Source of the DNA: Octopus bimaculoides
Lineage: Eukaryota
Direction: 5' to 3'
DNA length: 64,000 nucleotides
Assembly (NCBI RefSeq): GCF_001194135.2
Contig: NC_068982.1
Coordinates: forward strand, 107,788,917-107,852,916
A program made the position numbers and the translations under genes. This document shows positions 1-13,372 of the stretch, one piece after another (positions within the stretch are counted from its first letter, which is position 1; each line of letters begins with the position of its first letter). A model generated the notes under the pieces. It was not told the DNA's origin. It saw nothing but the letters and a program-made list of their open reading frames with translations, and did no database searches.

Positions 1-3000
1 ACAAACACTCAAAATTATATACATTATGCAAGTAGAGAAAAAAATAGGAGCTTAAATCATGATGAATGCAAAAAGAAAAACAGTATTATAAGTTTTGAGC
101 ATGAGATTAATTTCAAATACTAAGAAACTTTTTATATACAATGTCATTAATATGCTTAAAAAATCAATATTTTTTTAAGGTTAATAATTCTCTGATCAGC
201 ATTTAATATAATAAGTGTTAGGGTAAGACTAAGTTTAACAAATTGCTTATGTAGTCTGTCTAAAAAGGAATTTTCTTAATAACCACAGACACTGTTTTGA
301 AGAACTACCAATATTTAATGAATCTGAGAATAATATTAGATAATTAAGATATAAACAAAACAAATATTTCTTAATAAAGGAAAAAAAACAATAATGACAA
401 AAACTGTTTCAAATCATTAGTCAAATTCTCTGAAATACTAAGTTTGGGTAAGGAGAGTCCAGATAATTATCAGAAAATAGAGTATTAATATATAAATTAT
501 TATTTTAGTGGAAGGAAATCATTCCAACTGAATCAAGAAATCTGTTTTCATCAACTTTTCAAACTGCTGATACTATTTGTTGGCTGCAATTCTTAATAGA
601 AATGTTCCCATTTTCCAGTGAGAGCAGGATTTGAGCTCCGAATGCAAACAGCTTGAACAAATAGCACAAATTATCCTGTCTGGTGCTCTAACAATTCTGT
701 CAATCTACTACTACTGGACTACTCTGGACTGATAATTTTTGTTTATTAACCTCAACAGGATGAAAACTGAAGTTGATCTCAGAAGTATTTGACCTCAGTA
801 CACAGAGAATCAGTAAATACCACAAAGCATACTATTCTACACTGCCAATTCACTATCTTACATTAACATATATAACTTGTGAAATAGTGAAGTTAATTCA
901 ACTGACTACTAACCATATATATATATANNNNNNNNNNATATATATATATATATAAAACTTACTTTATACATACGAAAGAGATCAATACATAAAAAAAAAT
1001 CAAATTAGTAATATTATACTAATTAAAAATAAAACATTTTACAAAGTATTAAATGTAGCTCTATATAATGTAAATAAAAAACTTTTATACATTTATTGAC
1101 AATTTTGGCATCACCTACAACTCATTGCTTAACATCTTATTCACAAACACACACTCACTGCAAAATTTTATCTCGTTTTACAAGTGACTCCTAATTACAT
1201 ACTAACTATGAACTACTAACAGACATGAATGGGATTCTGAAATGACACTTAACAGCAGCACTGGTAGTTGGTTTCAACTGCAAGTTTACAGAATTATATA
1301 ATGCCTGTTCTCCAAAAATAACATCAGTGTCTACCTACCATTAGTCAACAAAATCAAGCAGCAAGTGAAGTCATCTACATATACTTATCTAAAGATGTAA
1401 TTATTATTTAATCAGTATTGTCTCCAATTGTAAGTAATTTTATTTAACTAATCAAGAACATTTTAGAATATTTCCTCTATCTGACAATAAAGAGTTATTT
1501 TATTTTTTCTTTGAAGTTGAGCTGAAGTTCTTTTTCTTAAAGTCAATACTATAATAGAGCTAAGTTATTAATAGCAAAGTGCTTGGTGGATAATAACTTT
1601 CAATCACAGATTTATCCATTAATTAGCATATTTAGCCCTAGGTCATCTCTGATCAAGCAGACCTAACCTCAAGGTATTCCAGCATTTACCATCTTTTTAT
1701 GGGTGACTATATTGAATTACATTAAATAATGTATCTGCTTCTATAAAGACAATAGAGTATAATATGGAAATTTAGCTGACATTTCCAGCATGTCAAGAAC
1801 CACATAAAGCCTCCCTTCTGGTTTCACCTATGAACTCTTTAGAAATATTGACAACTGTTACAAGAATTTAACTTGATGAAATGTTAAATTTGTCTGTGCA
1901 ACAAACATTAAGTATAAAGCAATTAAATGAAATTACTAAATAATAAAATTATAACATTAAATTAAATTCAGCAGAAAAACAAGAATATATGAAGTATGAC
2001 AATTTATGATTTCTTTTATTATAACAACGGTTTCTGAGATTACAAAATACTATGAAATATTGTATTCTATACATAATGAAACAGTATATTTCATACCTTA
2101 CAGTATAAGACATATTTCATATATGAATATATGCATAAATTTAAGTTTTAAAAATTTTTGGTTCGAAATACTTGTTCACCAATATAAATTAGCATGTTCC
2201 AAAATTTATATTCAGATATAAGATGACTGACACCCAACCTACAGTTTTAAGGTGAGACTTTTCTAGAGTTATATGCTAGAATGTCACTGAGTCATTATTG
2301 ACTACTACTTAGCCTACAGATGAAAGAACTACACAGACTTAGAAAAGCTACCCAAGAGTGATTTCCAACACTGCTAGCTAATAAAAGAGCTGTTACAATG
2401 CACCTCTACTTGCAGCAATAAGCCATACTACCATATGATATCCTATTTAAACTAGGTGAAATTGGATTATTAAGAACTAACTTTGCTAGGGATGTCAGTG
2501 AAAAGATATGAAAAGTTTTCACTTCAAGCAATTTGGTCAATTATCATTATCATCATATTATTAAGGTAGAAGGCAAATTTATTGTCTTGAAGGGCAATCC
2601 TAACAGTATAAAAGAATTCACTCAATTTATCCCCTATTAACTTATTCAGGTAGTAAATTATGCTGTGATAATCTGAATTCTTAAGCATGAAAGAAACAAG
2701 GCTATGAAAACAGCCTTTATGAATAAATTACATTTTAAATAACTCAATATATAACTAATCTTGTGCTTATTCCTCATACCCACCCAAGAAAATATGCAAG
2801 GTGTAACAGATAAAGCTGCTCCCACTTCTCTTTACAACTGAGAAAGGGACAAACACTTGATATTTTTGTTGTTATTAATATTCTCTTGTCGCAGTGTAAC
2901 TGAAATATATACTGCCCTGCACTAGCTCTATGATAACTCATCTCTACCTTCATTAACTAGTGTATTAGTTTCAGCTCCCAACAAATTCTCAGTACATCAC

Positions 3001-6000
3001 TACTATAGCAACTGTAGAAATTGACAAGTGATGAGAGATGCATGTTATCTCAAATGATAAATGTACAGCACATAACATTTCACTTATATAGACAAAAGTA
3101 TTACTGCTTACTACAAAATCCAGAGGCTGCTAGATTTTCTACTTTCATAAATCACTTTTTTTTTTTTTGATACTTTCAATAGCCTTGCTTAACATTTTAC
3201 TAATATGTACACGGCAGATAAGTAAAATGTTAAGGATCTATTTGTAGCAGCTCTTCTACTCCTTCTATACTCTTTATATAGAAACAGAGACTTTCTAAAT
3301 GTCTTTTTTGATCAGTGAACATTGATTCATTCATAGATTCTTGGGAAGTACTGGGATGCTGAGGATTTAAAGCAGATCAGCTTCTTACTGATGAAACATA
3401 TAAAAAAAAAATGATAAGTTCAAGACTGGAGAGGAATGGCTTGTAAAATTAGAAGTAATGAGAAAAAACTGCTGCAGAACTACTAAGTTAATGATTATGA
3501 TACTAACTAAAGTATAGCTATACATCATGAGTTATTACATCTCACAGAAAAGACTTCAACCATTGTGACATTCCATGTAATAAATTAGCAACTACAATAC
3601 AAAGAGATAAGACTTGTAGATATTGTACAGCAATAAGACACCAATTGGTAATGGTACATAATAGAAGTTTAAATTATGAAGCTAATAGAAGAATAGGGAA
3701 CTTGCATATTTTTTATTAAGGTAACCTACCAATATTATAGAATTGTGCAACTGTTAAATAACTTCTCACTTTATTAGAAATAAATTGCAGGATGAGCAGC
3801 CAAAGTAATTATGGGAAAATAGTTTTTTTTTTCTCTCTTACAACTTTGCTACAAATACTGCATGCCAACTGCATTCATTCAAGTTTTGTAACGATAGAGA
3901 GCTAACTAGCATAAAAATTACTATCAGTTTTTTCCCCACTTTTTAATTAACAATGTGTCCAATAGCAAAGAATTTTCAAAAAGGTCAGAATTAATAAAAT
4001 ATGCTCCCTATTGTAAGCTATGAATTTTTCACTCTTACCATAACTTAGTATATTATGGCATCTAATTTGTAAATATTTTTGTTAATTACTATTACATTAG
4101 TTAGCTAGGCTGATAAAATATTAAAACTGAGGAAGCAGCTACAGTCACAAGATTACTTTCCTGTTCACTGTTAATGATGTATAACAAAAATACTCTAAAA
4201 ACATTCAAATGAATCAACAAGTGAAGTTAAATTTTCAAGCATGTAATTAATCTAGGCTCTACAAGGTTGTTTTGTATCAGTAGCAAAATAAACAAAGACA
4301 GTAAGGAAACTAAATACTAATTTTTAAAAGCATCCGCTGATGAATAAAGAACTACCATATATTCATGATGGTGTTTCCATTGGTCACTAAAATAGTTTTT
4401 ATGGCATTTTAAGCAAAAATAAGAAGCATACTATATGCTTCCAATTTTTGTTCAAAATGTCATATAAAATTGTTTTATAAAATATGCACCCACATAAAAA
4501 CTAATGTGAAACTGTTAAATAATGTAAACAGCTTAGTTCTATAGATATGCTAGTAAAAAAAACATAACTGACGCAAGAATTTTTCTTTCGACTCAAAATA
4601 GCCAAACAGGGGGCGCTTTGTATGTAGACAAGCCCAAATCAGTAGGAAATACTTTCTAGGGAAAGAAAAGAAAAACATGTAATTGGAGTAAGATTAATGT
4701 TTTCCTCCTTGTACTCTCATCTTCCTTTTCCCCTAGTGAAGGGATACTCTGTGTGTTTGGGTTAGATGGAAAAGGAAGAAGTTTTTGAAAAAGCAAAAAG
4801 AAAAAAAGTGTCTTCAAAATATCTCAAGAATGTCAAGCAGAAAGGACCATTTTTCTTCAGTGTATCTCACATTATCAGGAAGTGGCAGGCATTGCACTGT
4901 AAATTCTCCATTAGTCATTAAAAATAAAACTAATAAAAGTAAGATTAAGAAATTATTGTGTGACATATGTCAAAGTTCCCAGAAAGGTTTAAAGTGTGAC
5001 AGACATTGCCATGCAGAGGAATCAACATTTTATTTATAACTTTTAACTATGACATACTAATGAATGAGGTAATGTAGAAAAAGTAGAAACAACATAGTCA
5101 AACTCAAAATTCTAGCATGAGTATCATAAAACAAAAAATAGGATTTCTTGTCATTACAGAGCTCATAAATGTACATAATCAAAATTTAGTATATGAAAGC
5201 AAATGAGTTTTTTTTTTTTCATTTTTTTTTTAATATAGATTGCAATATAATTCTGATAGTGACTTATAAATCTATAATTAAACACTAAAATGTATTCCCA
5301 AGTGTGCTGATCTAGAGGTTAGCGTTTAAGTATCACACTCTTCCAACTAAGTATTTAGTTTGAAGACCATTCTCACAAGAAATACTAAGAGAACCAAAGG
5401 AAGTAATACGTTCTTTGAGTAAACACACACACAACACTGAAGATCTTAAAATAAAACTCAACAACTACAAAAGAAAAAAAAATGAAATAAGATATTTTAC
5501 ATTTTTCTTTTGCGTATTAAATTTTTTATACGAATAAAAATTTTAGAACAAAACTTTGTGTGTTTTGGTTGTGAAATGACCAAAGAATATTCAAGACTTT
5601 ACAGACAACTAAACCTAGTTTATTTCAGAGGTTTAAACAAATCCATTAACCAATATAACAAAGGTTTTCCACTGACAAAAATGTATCTAGTATTCATCAG
5701 AAAATTAATCTTGAGAATAATAATCCTAACAAATTTCTAATTCAAACAGTAACAGTTAGGCATTTGCCTCTTATTGTAAAGATCTCAGAATTCAAAAATT
5801 TAACAATGAAATAACATTTTTTATTCAATGTTATCGATTCCGTTTTACAAATTCTTTAAACTACTCCTATTATTAACATAGGAGAAAATATGTATCACAG
5901 TACAAATGTCAAATTGTAAGTAAAATTAAATTTTGAATGCCAACTGCTAATTCAGGTTCAAAGAAAATGCCTAGAAGAAATTAGTATAATCTTGAAATTT

Positions 6001-7665
6001 TAAAAATAAGGTGGTGCTTTGGCATTTGGTTCAGAAAATATTTCATTATTTTGAGACAATAGCAAAGCCAAGTAATTCTTTTTACAAATGGCTACATAGT
6101 TTATATTTTTGTATAGAGATGTCAAGAAAATAAGTCTAATATTACTTTCCATGCCAGACTTCACTTAATTATCAGGTCCCAAATAATAGTTAAATTGTTA
6201 AATCAATGTCAAGACAAGAATGTCACTAAATTTCTTATATAAATTTTTACAGGATATTCAAAGAATAATTTCTTGGGTAAGTGTTCTATAGGGGGTTAGA
6301 AGGGCTCTAGTAATGTCAAAGAGATAAGCATGATGTAGATCAACTTAAATGAGAACTATGCACCATTATAGGGGTCTCAAATGAAACCCTGTGTAATTTA
6401 GGGTGTAAATAGTCAGGATTAATGAAATTGTTTTAGTTACTTTTAGTAAGATATTCTCAGATTTGTTTAACTTTATATGCAAACAAATTCTTATTTCTTT
6501 GGTTAAGTATGACACACTTTTAAAGCAATATGATAAATAAGCTATCAATTTTAACTCCACAGAGAAGTCCAGGTACATAAAATAGAAATGCAGAAGAAAT
6601 CAAATAGGCTGCAATTGTTAGTGTTGGGTCCAAATGAAAGAACAGTTTAATAAGAGACCAAAAAATTTTTAAAAAACAAGGTCTAACACTGATTCCAACA
6701 AGACTTGTATAAACATCATTTAACATGTACTCCTCTATGCTTGCATGGACCAAACAGTTTTTTGAGGCCTTCCTGTTGCAAATCCTCACTTGTTTCCAAG
6801 CAAGGTAATATTTCCCATGGCCAGATATGTCTTTCATGGAAAACTGGAAACATATTGCTTGTATAACAATGCTGCTCATTCTACAAGCAACATGTGATGT
6901 CAGGACAAAAACACACACACACACACATTTATTTATGAGAGGCTTCTTTCAACTTCCATCTACCAAATCCACTCACAAGTCTTTGGTTGGCCTGGGGATA
7001 TAGTAGAAGACAAAAGTGTCACACAACAGAACAGAACCAGAGACCAGGCTGCAAAGTAAGTTTCTTAATTACAGACTTTTCCAAGCAATTCCAATCAAGC
7101 ACAAACATTGCATAAAAGAACTAATTATCTATACGATGACTATTACTAATTACTTTATGAATTAAGTTGCTTTGACCATAATAAAGTTAAGACTGTGATC
7201 AAAAGACAAATATGACATTTGTCAATTAGGGATGTTGTATACAGGGATTTAAAAGAAGGGACTCCAGGCTGACATCAAACAATACAAGGAGAATTTCATT
7301 GCTTGCTCAGAAGTTTCTTCCAGCACACAGATTTCCTCAAGATGGCTGTTTTAATTATAGAAACAATTGATAATATACCATTTTTTTTTTCTGCTAAGAA
7401 AGGACATGGTCCTGAATATGATAAAATTTGAACTTTATAGGAAACGTGTGAACTGCAAGACATTTTGAAACTTTTGTACAGTTGAAGATTATGGAAGTGT
7501 TTTGTCAAGATTTAAAATATTAATAAATCAATATTTCCAGTTCTCCAAGGTCAATACCTACTAACATACTTGGATAAGTGGTCAAACTGGACTATATTTT
7601 ATGCTCAATTGATTATTCCCCAGCCACAGGTAAGTTTACTCAATAATAGTTGCGACTATCCAACA

Positions 7666-8132
7666 AGAGAGAGAGGAGAGAGAGAAAGGGAAGAAAGGGG
7701 GAAAGAGGGGAGAGGGAGGGAGGAGAGAAAGGAGAGGAAGGGGAGAGAGAGGTAAGAGAAAAGGAGAGAGGGGGAAGAGAAGAGGAGAGGGAGAAGAGGA
7801 GAGAGAGAGGAAGAGAAGAGGGGAGAGAGAGGAAGAGAAGAGGGGAGAGAGAGGAAGAGAAGAGGGGAGAGAGGAAAAGAAGAGGAGAGAGAGGAAAAGA
7901 GAGAGAGAGAGGAAGAGGAGAGAGAGGAGAGAGAGAGAGGAGAGAGAGAGAGAGGAAGAGAAGAGAGAGAGAAGAGAGAGGGAGGAGAGAGAAAGAGAAG
8001 AGAGAGGAAGAGAGAAAGAGAAGAGAGAGGAAGAGAGAAAGAGAAGAGAGAGGAAGAGAGAGAGAGAGAAAGAGAGAAAGAGAAGAGAGAGAGGAAGAGG
8101 AGAGAAAGGAAGAAGAGAGAAAGGAAGGGGGA

Positions 8133-8184
<52 letters not shown>

Positions 8185-8190
8185 GAGAGA
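7666..8190. repeat. Complex polypurine (GA/GGA/GAA) tract
   Basis: About 520 bp essentially of G and A on the + strand. Confidence 0.95.
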
Positions 8191-8544
8191 AGAAAAGTAG
8201 GCCATTTAAATAATTTTATAAATTCAATACAAATTGATTAGTGATATCTACAATGTAAAAAGGATATTGAATTGTAACCATGTCGACACACAAGACACTA
8301 ATGAGATTCATTGAGGTATTAACTTAAGTCAAAATGTTTCATTCTAAAAATGATTGGTAAAAAAGCAAAAGGGGAGAAAATAATACAAAAAAAAATAAGA
8401 ATGAGTGAGAAAAGTAACCAGAAACATTAGGTAAGATGTGTGGAAAAACTGAAAATAAAGAAAAACAGATTATACACCCTCTGTATTGTTTCAGTTGGAA
8501 CTAGCGCTAATATGCTATCTGAAATATATATACATATATATATA

Positions 8545-9345
8545 AAGTGCCACACCCTAACAGTTGCGGGAACCCGTGGAAGAGGTAGGCCCAGGAAGAC
8601 CTGGGCTGAGGCAAGACCTTCGAAAATTGGGCCTCACCAAGGTGATGACTTCTGACTGAGACCTTTGGAAATATGCTGTGCGTGAGAAGACCTGGCAAGC
8701 CAAGTGAGACCTAAATCCAAGGCCTCTGCCAGGGGTGTAGCCAGCCCACTTATGCGTACCTTTCCTTCTTTGGACACTAAACTCCGCTTGCGAAGACCTG
8801 TTGAGGCAAGTGAAATCAAAACCGAACTAAATTTGATGACTGGCACCCATGCCAACGTTGTCTCCTTCATTGGACACGAAACTCAGCTTGCGAAGACTTA
8901 TTGGGGCAAGCGAAAGTGAAATCGGGATGGCACCTGTGCCCAGCGTCGCCTTTCTGACACTTGTGCCCGTGGCATGTGTAATGGACTTTTGAGCGAGATC
9001 GTTGCCAGCACCCCTGGACTAGCTCTTGTGCGGGTGGCACATAAAATACACCATTTGAGCGTGGCCGTTGCCAGTACCGCCTGACTGCCCTTCGTGCGGG
9101 TAGCACGTAAAAGCACCCACTACACTCTCAGAGTGGTTGGCGTTAGGAAGGGCATCCAGCTGTAGAAACTCTGCCAAATCAGATTGGAGCCTGGTGTAGC
9201 CATCCGGTTTCACCAGTCCTCAGTCAAATCNNNNNNNNNNGAGCCTGGTGTAGCCATCCGGTTTCACCAGTCCTCAGTCAAATCGTCCACCGCATGCTAG
9301 CATGGAAAGCGGACGCTAAACGATGATGATGATGATGATGATGAT
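8545..9345 (+). mobile_element. RTE-clade LINE 3' end (ORF C-terminus, long 3' UTR, (GAT)n tail)
   Basis: KCHTLTVAGTRGRGRPRKTWAE motif. 3' UTR shared with copies at 22.6, 41.2 and 56.6 kb. Ends aaacgatgatgat. Confidence 0.85.
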
Positions 9346-10150
9346 ATTATATGCCACTTCCACAGACCACCTGCCACTTACCTCAACTTTGAATTTTGCC
9401 TGTGCTAATTGAAAACCATTACTTAACCAAATCATCACAACACACTTTCAACATAGTTTCTATTCAAATTCAATTGCTTTATATTTTGAAACAATCTCCC
9501 TATCTTTCTAGCCTTTTTAAACTGATAACTGTAGTTCTCAAACACTCATGCTAAGAAAACATCAGAAACTACCAACACACATACACTCAAATGTAAGTTT
9601 GCAATACTTATACACACCCAATGAAATTATATTTTCCCTTCAAAACTGCTGGCTTTTTATGTAAATCAGAAACTATTTCTAATACAGGCACAAAAGTCAT
9701 AAATTTAGGAGAGTTTATAGTTATCTACGTTGATCTAAATACATAATTAGAATTTAATTCATTGATCATAGAAGGATGAAAGTCTAAGGTAACACCATCA
9801 GGGTTTAAACTTTGGAATATCTGCCTATGAGAAAAAGTGAGCTCTTGAGACTTGTCTTTCACTATAGAAAAGTTTCTGAGAAAATAATTTTCCCATAAGC
9901 AGTGTAAATATTTTTTTCACTTAAAGTACCCCAAGCAAGACCTATAAGTTATTCTGGAGCAAAGGGTTAGGGAAAGGAAGACAATGCCACAAAAACTATA
10001 CTAACTTACCTATTTAAGATGGTAAATAAAATATCAAAACAAAAGATAAGTTATATGATATAAAAAAATATGGGAAACAGGATGACAATAAAGGAGCTAA
10101 TAAAATGAAATAGAATTATATGCAAATAAAAGAAACAATAAAAATATTAA

Positions 10151-10345
10151 CCCTTTGTGGGCCAGTGGGGTCCCTTGGTACCCCAGAAGTTATGCAATTT
10201 TTACATTTTTTATTTAAATGATTTTATATCTCATGATTTTTATTGTCAATAGTTTATTTAGGCACATACAAATTTTGAGTATGGATGCTATAGTATAAAA
10301 TATGGTAATTGAGGTCCAACTGGACCCCATTGGCCTTCTGTGAAA
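10151..10345. mobile_element. piggyBac-like MITE (decayed)
   Basis: Starts TTAA|CCCTTT. Subterminal inverted repeat ggccagtggggtcc (10160-73) / ggaccccattggcc (10322-35). Confidence 0.45.
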
Positions 10346-10591
10346 TTTTTTTTTGTTCTTTTTTCAGATATTCTGTCAATTTTCTTCGCATTTGTACTGA
10401 TATGAATCAATGTACTTTTTTCTTTTTGTTTTATTTTATATTTAGTGCTATATGTATAGTTGATAAAACTATAAAAAAAAAGTGCTAAATTTCTTATTCT
10501 GTATCCATGCACTCACACATATATACAAGATTAAACAAATATTCAATAATAAATCTGAGCGAGATGTAAACAGTAGCAACACAATATTGTT

Positions 10592-10783
10592 AAGTATATT
10601 TGCCACCTAAATGTGGCCATCCCATATGGGACGATGCTACTGTAGTTTATAGCCCCAGGAAGACATCTCCTCCAGCTGCAGACAGTGTGTCGTTAGCCAG
10701 CTGGGGGAGATGTCTTCCTGGGGCTATAAACTACAGTAGTATCATCCCATATGGGTCAGCCACATTTAGGTGGCAATATACTT
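10592..10783. mobile_element. Palindromic element: two inverted ~86-bp arms homologous to the 3' end of the 17.5-kb HHR element
   Basis: Left arm 10592-10678, 19-nt spacer, right arm 10698-10783. Right arm plus spacer aligns to 17691-17780. Imperfect flanking direct repeat aacacaatattg / aacaaatattg. Confidence 0.8.
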
Positions 10784-11299
10784 CATAAACAAATATTGCT
10801 TTATGGATAGTGCAGAAATGTGCAAAAAATAAAAGGGACCCTAATGACCTTTGGTGTAATTCCAACTCTGCCAGCTCACAAATGGTTAAAATGAAGTAAA
10901 CTACCAACAAGGTAAGGCATTTCTTAATCCTGAATTTTAAAAGAACAAACAGGAAAATAATGGAAAAAGAAGGTATTTCATAATTTAGCTGTTCCTCGAC
11001 AAAAACATCTTTCATGAAACTTACAGCATGAGATAATTATGAAGTAATGGGACAATTCATTAAATTTGGCAAACTAAGTTCTTATAGAAAATACTTGGAG
11101 TGGGACTGAAGAATGAAGTTTACCTCAATATCTTTGGAAATAATGGTAGTAAAGAGCTCGACTTGCAACATCAACAGAGTAGTTGCAGTGGTGAAAAGAA
11201 CTTATCACAAGCTACACTACATATTCAATTCAACACTTTATATAAATGATCAGCAGAACCAATCCAAATATGTAAACAGTACTACATTTTATAGCAGAT

Positions 11300-12180
11300 T
11301 TGGTTCTTGTAAAGATACAATAGAGCTTCAGATGCTAGAAACATTTTTGAGTGTTTGAATGACTCCCATTATTCTAAGCACCACCTCAGAAACAAAAATA
11401 ATGTTAGAGCTCCATCTCAAATCAGGGTTTAAGAACTACAGCTATCTAAACAAGGAAACTCTTTCAAAACAGTCGTGGGATGAAGAGGAATTCCACAATA
11501 GTGGTAAAGAGAAATGAGGTTGCTATTGGAAGCATTAAATGTAACAAGCAATTTGTCTATTGCACAAACTCAGCCAGATTACTGGAAAGACCTGCTGCTA
11601 GTTTCAAATGTGTGATGTTCTTAGTGATGTACCATCAGCAAATATGTCGATAAAAAATTTCATTACTTTACTGGAGCAAAGGGAAAAAAGAACACAGAAT
11701 TACAGAAAGATTCCAAGGAAATGTTTACATTGATTTCATAAATGTCAGAGAACTGACTGCTGATGCTAACTTACAGATTTCTTCTGATCAGAAATGATTT
11801 GATGGTGGAAAATATTTACTGTAGCCAGTCAAGCTATGAAGTAATCCTCTATCCCATACCTTGCAAAATTGTTTTAGTGATATCTAAGGCAACAACATAC
11901 ATCAAAGCTGCTATCTAGTGCACCAGTTAACCTATGAGTAATGATTGTCACTATATCAGCAATCAGGTATGGATTTGAGACCTAAGAGTCTATGCAAACA
12001 AAGAGAACTTCAAAGCTGTCAGGAATTCCACAATGATGGCAACATGAAACAAAGTTGGTTTGGAAGCATTAAATATATAAAATTTCAGTCCTCTGCTTAT
12101 CATTGAGGAGAATGGCTTTATTCAAGTGGTTAATGATGTGTTTGTTAATGATGAACTCAAAGAGCTATTTTTGAAGCTTA
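11300..12180 (-). mobile_element. Old CR1/Jockey-group LINE reverse-transcriptase fossil
   Basis: Frameshifted minus-strand motifs ADIVTIITHRLTGALD...VVALDITK (~11960-11870) and IDIFADGT (~11650-11630). Confidence 0.6.
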
Positions 12181-12189
12181 GTGGTCTAT

Positions 12190-12410
12190 GGTGGTGAGTT
12201 GGCAGAATCGTTAGTATGCTGAGCAAAATGCTTAGTAGCATTTCATCCATTTTAATGTTCTGAGTACAAATTCCACCAAGGTTGACTTTGCCTGCCATTC
12301 TTTCAGGGTTGATAAAATAAGTACCAGTTGAGCTATGGGGGTTAATGGAATCAACAAGCGCCTACCCCAAAATTGCTGGCCTTGTGCAAAAATTTGAAAC
12401 GAAGATGCTA
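12190..12410 (+). mobile_element. tRNA-derived SINE with conserved central domain (gactttgcc..ttcagggttgataaaataagtaccag)
   Basis: Same family at 30880-31075 and 62550-62760; tRNA-like head. Confidence 0.75.
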
Positions 12411-13215
12411 AGCGGCCTATATTAAGATGAGAATGAAGGGTAAGATTCTAATATCAAAGTAAACTACATAAAAAAATTCATATCCTTTTTACATAAATGA
12501 CTTAATAACATTTATTCAGAGGTGGAATACAAGCAATCTGCATGGTTATACATTAACAACTCCAGCTGTTGTATACAAGAAAGACAATAGCACTGGTATG
12601 TGACACAAACAACAAAAGTTGAGTGTGGTGACAGTGAAAGAAAATGTAGCAGGAACTACCAAGAAAGACACAGAGACAAATGGAGGATCTCCCGATGTTA
12701 GGTTGCCAAGATGAGATGATGCAAGATCAAAATTAATAGCAATCTGAAACAATGCATACCTGCTGAACAGATTTCAGAATAAGTAAAAGATATTAAAATG
12801 ATTAGTCACAATATATATTGTAGATATATAAAATATACATATACACACACAAACACATATGTATGTATGTATGTATGTCCCATGTCCTCCTGGGTCTCCC
12901 TCTTCCAGAATTTCCCACTACTTAAAGTGGAGGGAAGTTGTAGAAGAGACAGGAGTATATGGAACAAAGTATTGAAGTATGCAGTTCTGAAGAAATACAA
13001 GAAATATTTACTAACCAGGAAGTGAGATACAGCAAAGATAAACAGAAGGATCAACAGATGTAAGAAATAAAAAATATTTGTTTTCTTAATATTTAAAATT
13101 ATTTTTCTGTATAGCTATTAAGTTTTGAGTTAATGCAGAAAAGTGGATTTTAAATTGTTAAACATAGTTAAATATTTATAGGATATATTGAATTTTTTTT
13201 TATATTCTACTTTAC

Positions 13216-13372
13216 CTTGAAGCATGCTTCTGTAAGCAGTATCTGTGATAGCGAAAACATGTGGTGGTACTTCATGCCGTTTCTTGCCACGATAGAGTTC
13301 AATAACCTTATCCTGGTAAATAGGTAACCTCTTGTAAGGGTTCACCACAACACAGAACAATCCAGAATATGT
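13216..13372 (-). CDS. zip: Non-muscle myosin II heavy chain, second coding exon (motor domain)
   Basis: Acceptor ttgcag| at 13374-13373, then [52 protein letters not shown] plus 1 nt (157 bp), donor GTAAAG at 13215. In frame with exon 1 (GLIY|TYSGLF). [22 protein letters not shown] is the non-muscle/smooth-type signature. Confidence 0.97.

Noticed and set aside
3388-3420. Other CTGATGA hits (3388, 4337, 38052, 41712) as hammerhead cores
   Set aside because: No stem II followed by GAAA, and no closing stem I.
7636-8213. 187-189 aa ORFs on both strands
   Set aside because: Translations of the polypurine tract (E/R or S/L only); no coding signal.
9187-9284. 44-bp direct repeat around a 10-N gap
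   Set aside because: Typical unmerged contig overlap.
11775-11818. AG..GTAAGT-bounded 44-nt candidate exon on the minus strand
   Set aside because: Lies inside a LINE fossil, is frameshifting and has no myosin similarity.
12546-12752. 68-aa ORF just downstream of myosin exon 2
   Set aside because: Splicing in phase 1 hits a stop within four codons; no similarity to myosin.
1-13215. Expected next myosin exon(s) ([23 protein letters not shown])
   Set aside because: No matching minus-strand sequence found by eye; presumably beyond the window's left edge.
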